A DNA stretch of 64,000 nt from an uncultured Chloroflexia bacterium (GTDB taxonomy: Bacteria > Chloroflexota > Anaerolineae > B4-G1 > SLSP01): the NCBI GenBank assembly GCA_963751345.1, contig CAVVUS010000047.1:32001-96000 (forward strand). The letters run 5' to 3'. A model generated the notes under the pieces. It was given only the letters and a program-made list of their open reading frames with translations, did not search any database and was not told where the DNA came from. The position numbers and the translations under genes were made by a program. Every line of letters starts with the position of its first letter. Position 1 is the stretch's first letter. Shown in pieces: positions 19,187 through 29,241 of the stretch.

Positions 19187-20110
19187 CTACGGTACAGCCG
19201 CCTGCCTGGCCTTCCGATCGTATGCTTCAACACCTCCTGCTGCCTCGATGGCATCGCGTCCGAGCGAGATCTGTCGCAGAACGTTGACGTTAATGCGCTC
19301 CATCGACCCGGGCGCGATCCTGTGAAGCAGCCAAGACCCCGTCGCCAATCCCGGTGGGAGCGACTCCAACCGCATGATTGTGCCGGGTCGGGCATTGAAC
19401 CAAATGCCGATGGCGTCCTCGCCGAGCCTGCTGATGGGGATCCCGGCAGCGGCCTGGCGCTCGGCGGTCGGCCCGACGTGGGCGACCTGCCACTCGCCGT
19501 CGATGAAGGCCTCTCCCTCTCCCTCAAGCAGGAAATAGCCCAGCGAATCGTGCCACTTCTTGACCAGCGGGTCGACGTCGATCGTCGCCTCGCGCCAGGC
19601 CTCGATCATATTGGTCGAGAAGATCTTGTAGCGGGCCCTGATCCCTGCCGCTCGGCACAGCGCGATGAAGACCGTGATGAGTTGGAAGCAGGTGCCGGTC
19701 CCGCGCTCGAGCGTGGGCTCCACGCCATCAATCGGCGCGATCTCCAGGACCATCTTCTCCTTGGCGAAGCCGAAGGCGGCCTCGGCGAAGTCGCGATCCG
19801 ATTTCCGGAAGGCCCCGAGTTCGTGGGCGAGCGCGACCACCACCTCCGCCCGGCTGTTGCAGTGCCGCGTGGGGCGCAGAAACTTCTCTTTGCTGCGCAG
19901 GACGCGCATGCTTGGTGAGAAGGCCGGTAGATCGTAGCGGCGAGGCGGGCGGAGGTAATGGTCCTCGACACTGCTCGTCTGCCGCAGCTTTCGGACCTGT
20001 CCGGCGCTGGTCACCAGCAGCTTACCAACTGACACCACGCCCTTGAGCATGAGCGTCGCGTAGGTGAGCCGGCCCTGGAACTCCTCGTTGGTGGTGGAAT
20101 ACGTTGTCAT
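19187..20110 (-). CDS. Transglutaminase-like (papain-fold) protein with atypical catalytic residues
   Basis: TLERGTGTCFQLITVFIALCRAAGIRARY motif; downstream LEGEGEAFIDGEWQVAHVGP. Confidence 0.8.
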   Translation of the reverse strand: MTTYSTTNEEFQGRLTYATLMLKGVVSVGKLLVTSAGQVRKLRQTSSVEDHYLRPPRRYDLPAFSPSMRVLRSKEKFLRPTRHCNSRAEVVVALAHELGAFRKSDRDFAEAAFGFAKEKMVLEIAPIDGVEPTLERGTGTCFQLITVFIALCRAAGIRARYKIFSTNMIEAWREATIDVDPLVKKWHDSLGYFLLEGEGEAFIDGEWQVAHVGPTAERQAAAGIPISRLGEDAIGIWFNARPGTIMRLESLPPGLATGSWLLHRIAPGSMERINVNVLRQISLGRDAIEAAGGVEAYDRKARQAAVP

Positions 20111-20175
20111 AGTTCCCATGCCATAGTGATAACACGGAGGGGGGCGGTCAGTTACGGTGTGCACCAAGCTCCCTC

Positions 20176-20223
20176 ACCTTGCGAAGGTGGCCCGAGCAGA
20201 CTCGGGCTTGGCCTTCGCAAGGT
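20176..20223. repeat. REP-like palindrome family B (ACCTTGCGAAGG...CCTTCGCAAGGT)
   Basis: Inverted repeat directly after the FAD oxidoreductase stop; related copies at 27155-27184, 27208-27240, 55093-55126 and (degenerate) 51898-51931. Confidence 0.75.
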
Positions 20224-21955
20224 CTAGGTGCCGTCAATATCCCACGCGAAGAGGTGCGCTTGATCGGCGCCCCAGGTTGCCTCGGGGACAAAGCGTACCG
20301 CGGTGGCGACGACGTCCGTCTCCAGTTTCACCAGCCGCTGGTGGTTGTCCTCCACCACGGCGACGTCAACCCATTGGCCATCGGCCTGGAGCGCTGCGAC
20401 CCGGAACGCGCGCACGAGCGTCTGCGGCGGGGCGACGGGCTCGATATCCCTCGGATAGCTCGACGGCTGGTTCTTCTCCGGGCGGTTCAGATCGCTGTCG
20501 AAGACGAAGCGGAGGCTCTGCACGTGGGTTGGCGCTCCGAAGTCATACCGTATCCATGCCCCGAGATTCCCCGTCCACCCGTTGTCGTCGTCCCCGATCG
20601 GCCGGTCGAGCCCGCTGCGCAGCGGCTCGGGGTCGCCCTCAGAGGCGGTCAGCCGCGCTGACCGCGTGACCTCAGGGATCGCCCGGATGTTCCAGGGCAG
20701 ATAGCAGTCATCGTCCATCAGCGTCTGCTTGCAGCTCGCCGATGTAGTCCTCGTAGATGCCGCGAGGCGAGGTCCCCTCGCGGACCGCAATCGCTGCTGC
20801 AGTGCCGGCTGCTTGGCCGACGACGGCGCAGGTCGCCATCACGCGGGTCGCGCTCATCGCAGCGTGGGTGACGCTGATGTTGCGCCCGGCCACGAAGAGA
20901 TTGGAGATCGAGCGCGAGTAGAGTGTTCGATAGGGTATGCCGAAAGGGGAGGGGGCCGGATGGAAGATCGTCGGCTCGCCCGACCAGTCGATGCCGCCGG
21001 GATGGTGGTCATCCATCGTCCATCCGCCGTAGGCCACCAGGTCGTCGAACCTGCCCTCCGCGCGGACGTCATTCTGGGTCAGAATCACGTCACCCTCGTA
21101 GCGGCGGCTCTCGCGCTTCCCGGGCAGAAAGCCGATCCACTCGAGCGTCCAGGTCTCTGCCCCGTGGTTTCCCCGGTTCTTGAGGTGATCCCACACGCCA
21201 AAGGCCACCTTGAGGAGCCTATCGCGTATCTCCTCGGTGTCGTGGATCGCGTCCTGCTCGCCGCCCAGCTCGATCCACCAGTAGTTGGTGGTGAGGAGAT
21301 CGTGCCCGCGATGCGGCAGGTCTGCGTCGCTCTCGTAGACATAGGCCCACGCAGGTGGGGTGAACACCTGGGGCCGGCCCGTATCGCGCGCCTGGATGAG
21401 ACAGCTCATGCCCATCGTCTTCCGGTCTGCGTTCTCCGGCTCGATGTCCTCGTCGAACTCGGCGCGTGCCTCGCGACCCATGCGGAACGGGGCGCCGGTT
21501 AGCGGGGCGAGGATGCTGTCGCCGGAGCAGTCGGCGAAGAGATCGGCCTCGACCGTATGCCACGTCTCGGTCGTGAGCTGCCAGCCCTTGACCGACGCGA
21601 TCCGGTCGCCCACCATCTCCAGGCTGTTGCACGTGCAGTTGAGAAGCAGCGTGATGTTGGGCTCGAAGCGCACCTTCTCGTAGAGCACGCTGTCCCAGAT
21701 CGAGTAGTTGCGCAGGGGATTCCGATAGCGGTTCTCGAGCTCGATCTCTTCGACGATGCCGGTCTCGCGATTGTTCGTGCCGTGGGCGCCGCAGATGTGC
21801 ATCCGCACCTCGGACGAGGCGTTGCCGCCGAGCATCGGACGATCCTGGATCAGGGCAACCTTCGCGCCGTGACGGGCGGCAGCGATCGCCGCGCACATCC
21901 CGGCAAGGCCACCACCGACGACGCAGAAATCTACGCGATGGGTGATCTCTCTCAT
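20224..21955 (-). CDS. FAD-dependent oxidoreductase (FAD_oxidored-like) with C-terminal beta domain, frameshift near 20735
   Basis: VVGGGLAG, LGGNASSE, FADCSGD, GKRESRR, AGRNIS..H.A.SATRVM. Confidence 0.88.
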
Positions 21956-21972
21956 TCTGTATCTCCTCGGTT

Positions 21973-22018
21973 ACCTTCCGGGTTGCGCGCCGCAGACGGC
22001 GTTAGCAACCCGGAAGGT
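21973..22018. repeat. REP-like palindrome family A (ACCTTCCGGGTTG...CAACCCGGAAGGT)
   Basis: 46-bp hairpin, near-identical to 38542-38587 and related to 40427-40471. Confidence 0.85.
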
Positions 22019-22025
22019 TCTGCTC

Positions 22026-22117
22026 AGGTTCGTAGTAACCGATTCATCGGTTCCGCTCCGCCGTCTGCCGACGCACCTGCTGAGGCGCCGGAACGACTGA
22101 ATCGTTACTACGAACCT
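22026..22117. repeat. REP doublet (REPIN)/MITE-like element
   Basis: Terminal inverted repeats AGGTTCGTAGTAAC...GTTACTACGAACCT, each arm carrying an imperfect internal palindrome. Confidence 0.75.
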
Positions 22118-22126
22118 TTTTCTGAG

Positions 22127-23631
22127 CTATCCTACTTGAAGGTCCAGACTCACCGTCGGCAGATATTGCGGCGGACGCCGCACGTGGGTCGCCTGCTCGA
22201 AGGCGTAGGCGAGCTTGATCAGGGTGGGCTCCTGATAGGCGGTGCCGATGAATGAGATCCCGACCGGGAGTCCATGGATGAAACCGGCGGGCACGGTGAT
22301 CACCGGGTAGCCCGCCGGCGAAGCGGGTGGGGGGCTGCCCCCGCGGTAGTTGTCGCCGTTGACCCAGTCCGTCAGCCACGCCGGCCCGCCTGAAGGCGCC
22401 ACGATGGCATCCAGGTGGTGCTCGTTAAGCGTAGCATCGATAGCCTCCGCTCGTGCGAGGCGCCGGCGGGCCAGCAGGGCAGCCAGGTAGGCCTCGGGCG
22501 TCTCGGTGGCTTCTTGTGCCCGAATCATCCTCTCCTGGCCGAAGAAGGGCATGACGGTCGCCGCGTGCTCCTCGTTGAAGGCGATGAGTTCTGCCAGCGA
22601 ATGCACGGCAACACCGGGCGCGAGCCCAGCCAGATAGGCGTTGAGGTCGGCCCGGAAGTCGTAGAACAGCACGGTGCCCTCGTGCTTGTCCAGGTCGGGC
22701 GGCTGTGCCAGGTTGGCCGGGTCGATGACCTCCGCGCCGAGCAGCTTCATCGCGTCGATGGCAGCCTCCATGACGCTCTCGACCCGCGAATCGCGTCCGA
22801 AGTGGTTGCGCGCCACGCCGATGCGCGCCCCTTTCAGACCTTCACGATCCAGAAAGGGTGTGTAGTCCGTGTGGGCCTTACCCTCGCTCGACCTTGTCGC
22901 GTCGTCTCTGGGGTCCACGCCCGTCATCGCGCCCAGGAGGATCGCGGCGTCGGTGACCGTACGGGCCATCGGGCCGGCGGTGTCCTGGTTGTGCGAGATG
23001 GGTATGATGCCGGCACGGCCGATCAGGCCCAGGGTCGGCTTGATGCCCACGATGCCGTTGGTCTGCGATGGGCAGATAATCGATCCGTTCGTCTCGGTGC
23101 CGACGGCGACGGCGCACAGGTTCGCGGCGACCGCGACCGCGGATCCGGAACTGGAGCCACAGGGGTTGCGATCCAAGGCATAGGGGTTGCGCGTCTGACC
23201 GCCACGGCTGCTCCAGCCGCTCGTGGAGTGGGGGGAGCGGAAGTTCGCCCACTCGCTCAGGTTTGCTTTGCCGAGGATGACGGCGCCTGCCTCGCGGAGC
23301 CGCTGGGTCACCGTGGCGTCGCGGGCGGCGATCGAGCCCAGGAGAGCCAGCGATCCCGCAGTGGTCATCATCTTGTCCGCGGTATCGATATTGTCCTTGA
23401 GCACCACGGGGATGCCGTGAAGGGGGCCGCGTGGGCCGGACTGCTCACGTTCCGCGTCCAGCGTGGCGGCGATGGCCAGGGCATCCGGGTTGATCTCGAT
23501 GATGCGTTGAGCATCGGCCCGTGTCTGTCGAGTTCGTCGATGGCGGCAAGGTAGGTCTCGGTGAGGCTGCGAGCCGTGAGCCGGCCCGACGCCATCTGCT
23601 CCTGGATCTGGGAGATCGTGAGTTCTTCCAT
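22127..23631 (-). CDS. Amidase signature family protein (frameshift near 23500)
   Basis: LKDNID, GKANLSEWA, GSSSGS, GTETNGS, GIKPTLG, DTAGPM. Confidence 0.9.
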
Positions 23632-23662
23632 TTCGCGCTCCAATCCCTCGTTTCCTGCCATC

Positions 23663-24517
23663 TCAGAAGATGTGAAACGCCTGCTCGACGCATTGGCGTT
23701 TCAGTTCCTCGTCTGCCGCGAGCTCCATCAAGCCGTAGAAGCCATAGGGATACTTGAAGAGGTGGCCAATCTCGACGCCGCCCTGGCTGCGGCGTTCCCA
23801 GTAGGGCAGTTGGTGTGGTCGGAGGTCGCTCCGCGGGTGTTCGGGCCGCGGAGCATCCGCCAGCGGGCCCTGGCGGATGCGTCTCAGATAGAGGCGGAAG
23901 CCGTGCTCGCCCTTTACGGCGGTGTTCGGATACCCCATCTCGCGGAGGTCGACCAGCGCCCTGGCGTAGGTGACCAGGTGTCCGGACCAGCCCTGGCCGC
24001 GGCCCTCAAAGGCGGCCATTGCCGTTAGCAGCTCCGATAGCACATAGTCGCCGGCCGCCGGCGGATCGCGGAAGTCCGGGCTGTCGATATCGCTACTGTC
24101 TGTCGTGCTGTCCGTCGCTGTGAACGCGTCGATCAGCCGGCAGATCCCCTCGACCCGCGACGGTGTGACCGCCTCCGGGAGCTCTTTGAGCGCCTTGAGG
24201 CCCAGGGCGGCCAGGATGACGTTGTGCCCAACCTGTCGGAGGGCGTCCATGCTGGCCTCCAGGTGGTCGATGATCCTGCCGACGAGGGCCGGGTCGGCCG
24301 GCTCCGTCGGGAAGGGCGCACACAGCGGGGTCTGTAGCCAGTGTCGGTCGATCATCTGCCGCATGATATCGTCGACCCCGGGCTCGATCTCAACCTCGCG
24401 GCAGAAGAAGGTGGCCGCGATGATGGCCGCGCCGCGATGGCCGTCGGAAAAGTAGTCCAGCGTATGCGCGCGGCTGAGCGCGTTCAGCCCGTGAAGCAGG
24501 TAAGTCTCATCTAGCAT
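23663..24517 (-). CDS. Hypothetical helical protein with four Gly-His motifs
   Basis: Long open frame with normal composition; its stop lies just upstream of the amidase; DGHRG, VGHNV, SGHLV, IGHLF. Confidence 0.75.
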   Translation of the reverse strand: MLDETYLLHGLNALSRAHTLDYFSDGHRGAAIIAATFFCREVEIEPGVDDIMRQMIDRHWLQTPLCAPFPTEPADPALVGRIIDHLEASMDALRQVGHNVILAALGLKALKELPEAVTPSRVEGICRLIDAFTATDSTTDSSDIDSPDFRDPPAAGDYVLSELLTAMAAFEGRGQGWSGHLVTYARALVDLREMGYPNTAVKGEHGFRLYLRRIRQGPLADAPRPEHPRSDLRPHQLPYWERRSQGGVEIGHLFKYPYGFYGLMELAADEELKRQCVEQAFHIF

Positions 24518-24628
24518 CGCAATCGCCCCAATCAAACAGCGAGTCTATAGGACTTCGGCCAAGTATCGCGGCTCATCGCCGCACCATCGCCATGCGGGAC
24601 ACTCAGGGCAGTACCTGGCGGACGGCCT

Positions 24629-26209
24629 TCAGCTCCGAAGCTGGCGCCACCGCCCGGCCAACGCCACGATCAGCAGCACACCTGCGGCAGCCAGGAACCG
24701 CTCCGGCGTGCCGGCCGCCACCGATGCGTCGGTGGCTCCCAGAAAGTCCATGCCGGGCGCCTTGGCCCCCTGAAGCGGGCCGATGTACCACAGCACGATG
24801 TAGACGACCTCGAAGAGCCGCCCGCTACCACTCCATACGCCAAGCGCCAATGCGAGCGATGGGATGAAGAGCGCGCCGGCAAGCCAGCCGGTCAACCCGC
24901 TCCAATCTCCTGCGGCGAGGAGGCGCACGGCGACGCCGCCACCGATGAGCGCCGTCATAGCGAAGCCTGCCATCCACGTGGCCGGAAACTGCCGCAGGAG
25001 GGGGTGGGCAGACGAGAAGATGATCTGTTGGGTGCGATAGCGCAGTTCGCGCACCCCCAAGCCTGACCAGAGTGCCAACGGCCAGATCCACGCGGCGACG
25101 AGCCAGCCGGACCGGGCCTCCGCCAAGGGGCTGAAGAGACCGCCGAGGACGAGGACCGCCACACCGCCGTACCACCACCAGTGCTGTCCCTTGAGGAGGA
25201 TGCGCAACTCGGCAATCAGCGCACGGCCAAGAGCTGCAGAGCGTGGCCGGCTGGCGAGAGCCGAGAGCCCCACCGTCTCAAGGGGATACGGCTCCGCAGG
25301 CTCCGGGACTTCCTCGGCCACGGTCTCTTCGCTCACAGTCGAGCCCTTGCGGCGCGGCCTAACGCGTGAGGGGTCGAACCGGTTGAAGAGCAGAGATGCC
25401 ACGAAGACCAGCCCTAATGCCACGCCGACCCACAAGAGCCGGCCAAGTACGATATCGGGCGTCCAGACGATGCCCGTCCACTTGAAGGTCTGCATCTCGG
25501 TCGGTGGTGTGAAGGTGATGTTGAAGCCGGCACTGTAGTCGGGAAACTGGCGCCGAACCGCCGCCGCCATGCTCTGCCAGATCACGGCGGTGCCCGACCA
25601 ATCGGCGAGCGGCTGCGTGCCCAGGAAGGCCAACGAGAGCGTGGTCGTCCAAATCGTGATGTAGACGATGGCGCCGACGGCCCCTCGAAGCCAGGATATC
25701 GTCTCAAAGAGAACGGCCAACGCGGCCGTCACGACGAGCGCCGGCAGCACGACGCCCAGAAAGGGCGCCACGAGCGCGCCAATGTCAAAGCTCCCCGCGT
25801 TGCCCTGGAGCACCTGCATGGCGAAGGCGGCCAACACCAGGATGGCGACGGGCACGATGAGGAAGAGGAAGTTGCTGAGGGCTTTGCCGGCGATATACAG
25901 GAACTTGCCGAGGGGCGTCGTCGCGATAATCTGTCCGACGCCGGTATGCTCATCGCGGTCGATCGCGTTCCTGACCAGGAAGAAGCCGAAGAGCGAGAGG
26001 AAGAACGTCGCTATGGTCGCCATGACGCCACCGATCCACGCTGCATTGAGTTCGCCCTGGTACTGGTCCAGCTTCAGACGGAGCGTCCCGGCATTGACCA
26101 GATAGCCCAGGTAGACGATGGCGCCGAGGGTCACAAGGAAACTGGAACGCCGCGTGCGTTCCAGGAGATCCGCACGGGCTAACTGATAGAGCACGCGCAG
26201 CTGCCTCAT
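24629..26209 (-). CDS. ABC exporter permease (duplicated ABC-2-like membrane domain)
   Basis: Multi-TM protein; AIDRDEHTGVGQIIATTP motif; ATGA-coupled to the ATPase. Confidence 0.8.
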   Translation of the reverse strand: MRQLRVLYQLARADLLERTRRSSFLVTLGAIVYLGYLVNAGTLRLKLDQYQGELNAAWIGGVMATIATFFLSLFGFFLVRNAIDRDEHTGVGQIIATTPLGKFLYIAGKALSNFLFLIVPVAILVLAAFAMQVLQGNAGSFDIGALVAPFLGVVLPALVVTAALAVLFETISWLRGAVGAIVYITIWTTTLSLAFLGTQPLADWSGTAVIWQSMAAAVRRQFPDYSAGFNITFTPPTEMQTFKWTGIVWTPDIVLGRLLWVGVALGLVFVASLLFNRFDPSRVRPRRKGSTVSEETVAEEVPEPAEPYPLETVGLSALASRPRSAALGRALIAELRILLKGQHWWWYGGVAVLVLGGLFSPLAEARSGWLVAAWIWPLALWSGLGVRELRYRTQQIIFSSAHPLLRQFPATWMAGFAMTALIGGGVAVRLLAAGDWSGLTGWLAGALFIPSLALALGVWSGSGRLFEVVYIVLWYIGPLQGAKAPGMDFLGATDASVAAGTPERFLAAAGVLLIVALAGRWRQLRS

Positions 26210-27096
26210 CCGGTCCGCGCTCCGTTGGTCGCCGCCACGATGCTCAGGTAGGCATCCTCAAGCGTCGGCAGGGCCATCTGCGCAGACGGGTGCGGTGGCG
26301 TCTCTGAGATGAGGCGAAGATGGACGCCGTCACTGCGCCGAACTGTGCCGCTGACCAGGTGTCGGCGTTTGAGCTCCACCAGATCGGCACTGGGCACAAC
26401 CCACTCCCAGACTTTGCCCGTCACGCTGTGCAGAAGATCCTCCGGCGCAGCACGGGCCAATAGGTGACCGTGGTTGACGATCGCAATGTCGGTAGCCGTC
26501 GCCTCGACGTCCGAGACGATGTGTGTCGAGAGGATGATGATGCGCTCGCCTGACAGCTCCGAAAGCAAGTTCCGGAACCGAACCCGCTCCTCGGGGTCGA
26601 GGCCTACCGTCGGCTCGTCGACGATCAGCAGCTCGGGGTCGTTGAGCAGCGCCTGCGCGATGCCGATGCGCTGCCTCATGCCGCCGGAATAGCCGCCCAG
26701 GGGGCGCTTGCGCGCCTCGACGAGGTTGACGACACGCAGGAGTTCCTCGATCCGCCGGGCGGCGGACTTCGGGCTCAGTCCCTTGATCGCGGCGAGGTAG
26801 CCCAGGAATTCCTCGGCATTCAGATTGGGATAGACGCCGAAGTCCTGCGGCAGATAGCCCAGCACGTTGCGGAGGCCGTTCGGCTCGCGCGCGATGTCGG
26901 TTCCGTTCCACGTAACAGTACCCTCGGTGGGCTGAGTTATGGTCGCCAGGATCCGCATCAGTGTGGATTTCCCCGCGCCGTTGGGACCGAGGAGGCCCAG
27001 GACGCCGGGCCCAAGCTCCAGCGAGAAGCGCTGCAACCCCCACACTTTTCGACCGTATCTCTTACTGACGTTGTCAATGGCGAGGCTGAGTGGCAC
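26206..27096 (-). CDS. ABC transporter ATP-binding protein
   Basis: GPNGAGKST, YSGGMRQR, IVDEPT, STH; GTG start after AAAGGA. Confidence 0.93.
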   Translation of the reverse strand: MPLSLAIDNVSKRYGRKVWGLQRFSLELGPGVLGLLGPNGAGKSTLMRILATITQPTEGTVTWNGTDIAREPNGLRNVLGYLPQDFGVYPNLNAEEFLGYLAAIKGLSPKSAARRIEELLRVVNLVEARKRPLGGYSGGMRQRIGIAQALLNDPELLIVDEPTVGLDPEERVRFRNLLSELSGERIIILSTHIVSDVEATATDIAIVNHGHLLARAAPEDLLHSVTGKVWEWVVPSADLVELKRRHLVSGTVRRSDGVHLRLISETPPHPSAQMALPTLEDAYLSIVAATNGARTG

Positions 27097-27207
27097 AGGT
27101 GGTCCTTTCCAAGCCGGGATGGGTATGGGTGCCATTATATCAGCGTTGCCGTGTCCTCGCGAGGGTTATCCGGCCCTCACAAGGCTTCCGATCGTGAACG
27201 CGGATCA

Positions 27208-27240
27208 ACCTTGCGAGGGTGTCGGAAACCCTCGCAAGGT
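27208..27240. repeat. REP-like palindrome family B
   Basis: ACCTTGCGAGGGT-gtcggaa-ACCCTCGCAAGGT; a degenerate partner lies at 27155-27184. Confidence 0.75.
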
Positions 27241-27339
27241 GAGAGCGCGCTTGCTGTCCGTGCGCCCGATGGTAAGCTGGATTCTGTCGCCCGGTCAACG
27301 GGCCTACCAACGAAAGTGTTAGCGTCGAGGAGGGTAAGG

Positions 27340-29241
27340 ATGATGTCTGAAGCTATCGAAGCGCTGGTTCCCCAGCCGCAACGCTCCGAGATGACCGGTG
27401 GGGCGTTTGTCGTCCCACCCCTGATGACGATCTATCTCGCCAATGCCGTCGAGGCCACGCATCCGGTGGCGCAGTGGCTTTCGGACCACTTGGCGATCCA
27501 GGACGTATCGACCCGCCTGACGGCGACCGACCGGCACCTGAGCGGACCACATGTCGCCCTCAGCATCGATCCTCAGAACGCCACCCACGTGCAGGGCTAT
27601 CATCTCGACATCGGACCCGACAGGGTGCTGATCACGGGCGCCGACGCGGCAGGACTCTTCTACGGCGCCTGCACGCTGCTGCAATTGGTCACTGCCCAGA
27701 TGGGGGACGGCATCATCGTGCTGCCTGGTATGCGGCTCGTGGACTGGCCCGATTTCCCCAACCGTGGGGTGATGCTCGACGTCAGCCGCGACCGCGTCCC
27801 GACGATGGAAACGCTTTACGAGCTCGTGGATCTGCTGGCAAGCTGGAAGATCAACCAGTTGCAGCTCTATATGGAGCACACGTTTGCCTATCAGGGCCAC
27901 GAGGTGGTCTGGAAGGACGCGAGCCCCTTCACCGGGGAGGAGATCCTGGCTCTGGACGCCTACTGCAGCGCGCGATTCGTGGAACTGGTGCCAAACCAGA
28001 ACAGCTTTGGCCATATGCAGCACTGGCTGATCCACGAGCCCTACCGGCAGATGGCGGAATGCCCCGAGGGATGCGAGCTTTGGCCGGGGCACCCGAGCGA
28101 ACCCTACAGTCTCTGTCCGGTGGACCCACGATCGATCGAGCTCCTCGAGGACCTCTACGACCAACTACTGCCGCACTTCGGCAGTTCCGCTTTCAACGTC
28201 GGGCTTGATGAGACCTTCGACCTCGGGAAGGGGCGGTCGGCAGAGGCATGTGCCACCCTCGGCACCGAGCGGGTCTACCTCGATTTCCTGAAGCAGATCC
28301 ATCGGCAGGTGATGACGCGCGGCAAGACAATGCAGTTCTGGGGAGATATCATTCTCCACCAGCCTGATCTCATTCCGGAACTCCCCGCCGACGCGATCGC
28401 GATGGAGTGGGGCTATGAGGCCATCGCATCCCTTCGAGGAGCATTGCGAGCATTTCGCCGAGGCCGGCTTGCGGTTCTATGTCTGCCCCGGCACGAGCAG
28501 TTGGAACGCGATCGCCGGGCGAACAGAGAACGCGCTGGGTAACATCCAGCGGGCGGCGTCCAGCGGAAAAGCCGGGGGCGCCGTGGGCCTGCTCAACACC
28601 GATTGGGGCGACAACGGGCATCTGCAGCCGCCCGTCGTGAGCATTCTTGGGCTATATGGCAGGGGCGGCGGCGAGCTGGAATGCCGGCGTCCAACTCGAG
28701 CGATATCGACCTTCCTGCGCTGCTGGATCTCTTCGCCTTCCGGGATAGCGCCGGCGAGATGGGGCGGGTGGCCTACGATCTGGGCAACGTCTATCAGGTC
28801 CCCGGCGTGGCGACGGTAAACTCTTCGATCTTCTTCGACGTTCTGATGAACGCCGATCGCCGGTTGGGGCAGTGGTCGATGGGAGGGATTGACAGAGGAG
28901 GGCCTCGAAAGCACATTGGCGGTCGCTCGAGGACATCCGCGGGCGTCTGTGCCGTGCGGCAGATGGATCGTGCGGACGCAGATCTGGTCAAGGCTGAGTT
29001 CTCGTGGGTCGCGGACCTGCTCTCCTGGTCGGCGCAGCTCGGTCTCGCGCGGATACGGCATACCGCCGTCGACAGTGCGGCTTCGCTCCCCGCCGAGGTC
29101 CGGTTCGCGTTGGGCAACGAGTTGGGCGATCTCACGGGGCGTTACCGTGCGCTGTGGCTACAGAGAAGCCGACCGGGCGGCCTCGCCGACTCGGCGGCCC
29201 GCCTGGAGCGCGTCGTAGCACTGCTCGTGGAGGAAGAATGA
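27340..29241 (+). CDS. Glycoside hydrolase family 20 (beta-N-acetylhexosaminidase-like), several frameshifts from ~28420 on
   Basis: DWPDFPNRGVMLDVSR, VPNQNSFGH, NVGLDE catalytic pair, WGD, WGYE, VCPGTSSWN, TDWGDNGH. Confidence 0.88.
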
